Assembly (NCBI RefSeq): GCF_001194135.2
Contig: NC_068992.1
Coordinates: 12,845,884-12,899,875, forward strand
Direction: 5' to 3'
DNA length: 53,992 nucleotides
Source of the DNA: Octopus bimaculoides
Taxonomy: Eukaryota
Made by a program: the position numbers and the translations under genes. This document shows positions 52,791 through 53,992 of this stretch, in pieces. The notes under the pieces were generated by a model. That model was not told the origin of the DNA. It searched no databases and worked only from the letters and a program-made list of their open reading frames with translations. Each line of letters opens with the position of its first letter. Within the stretch, counting starts at the first letter, position 1.

Positions 52791-53955
52791 GGTGGGTGGA
52801 AGAGATAAAAATTATTTAAAAATATTCCGTGTATTGTGGGTGTATAACAAATTTATTGCTCATAAATCCTTACTGGTTTGAAGTAATTTACTATATTGCA
52901 TGGATGGATCTCTGAATATCTCATACGGATCCTGTTTGAGAAACTTCGATCTAAATGATTATGAAAAATGAATTGTTCCTTATGCTATAATGTTTGACAA
53001 TGGCAGCTAGTTTTATACATTTTTGCTGAGGTTTCATTCTACAAATTAGTGCTGAATTTCATATCAAATTTAAAGTACGTGGCATTCTTCACGTCTTTCT
53101 TTAACATAATTATGTACACGCATACGCTTGCGTGTTTGTTTGAGTGAATGGTGATACGATGTTTGAATAATTAATCGTGTTTACAACGACATGTAAATTT
53201 AGACAAATTCAATTAAGCATCCATGCATTTATGCTACAATACTTAGTAAATAAATTTTAATCCATATGTATTGGATCATTGTTTGCGAATATATTGTACG
53301 TGTGCATTCAGTGTTTCCTACTACATACGTGTTGGAAAACAACGAACAGGTCTAATGTCAGCTTATATTTCTTAATATTTTATTAGCATTTGCTCCCAGC
53401 ATCGATATATTTCTGTCATTCGAGTCATGAAACGTGACTTTTTTCTTAGTAATTATTTTCATCCTACGTAATCTAATTTTTAATTTTATATTCGTAATAA
53501 TACTCAACGTTGTTTATCAACGAGATATTTTACAGCATATCAACGCCACAAACACTCACATATGTGGAAACATTTTACTTGCACACTGCTATATAATACA
53601 CGTATGAACATCTCGTATAACAATATGTATGGCTTATACAGTTTAACAGACATTTATAATTCAAGCAGCAGCTCCTTATGATCTCTAACAATTAGAATCC
53701 GTGATGATTTAAAACTTCGAAAGCGTTAAGAGGTCAAGTGTCATACTGATTTGCTGTGTTTCATCTGCATATGTCCGCTGGTTAAACTTCGAAGGAGTCG
53801 ATGTTGCATTCAATCATTTTTACGTCGATCAAATAATTATCATCCTATTGTTTACTGGGCTTCCATGAATTGTTATTTTCAGCCGAGTTTAGTCCCTTTC
53901 ACTCACTCACTCACTCTCTCTGTATATATAAATGTGTGTTCATATGTGTGTGTGT

Positions 53956-53992
<37 letters not shown>

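Noticed and set aside
1-53992. CRISPR arrays, rRNA, operons or a prokaryotic-type system
   Set aside because: No spaced direct-repeat array, rRNA-like sequence or dense ORFs; the sequence is eukaryotic and repeat-rich.

Overview
AT-rich eukaryotic DNA with 13 N-gaps (about 3 kb in total) and dense microsatellites. From memory, the SINE families match those of Octopus, so this is probably an octopod scaffold; that was not checked by search. I recognise no intact known gene, rRNA, tRNA or CRISPR array. The long ORFs in the track are artefacts of N-gaps or simple repeats. Supported features: a decayed Tc1 (DD34E) transposase and a TIR-intact internal-deletion derivative of the same family; a decayed mariner (DD34D); a HERO-like and an R4/Dong-like non-LTR retrotransposon remnant; several tRNA-derived SINE copies; a compact type I hammerhead-ribozyme-like motif at 29922-29966; a 21-bp fold-back hairpin; and two assembly artefacts (an Illumina adapter remnant and a duplicated haplotype overlap). 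Several small minus-strand exon candidates can be chained in phase into a hypothetical gene with a transmembrane-like segment near its end, but this model is hand-built and unverified. I found no convincing new multi-gene system; the hammerhead motif is the best lead.
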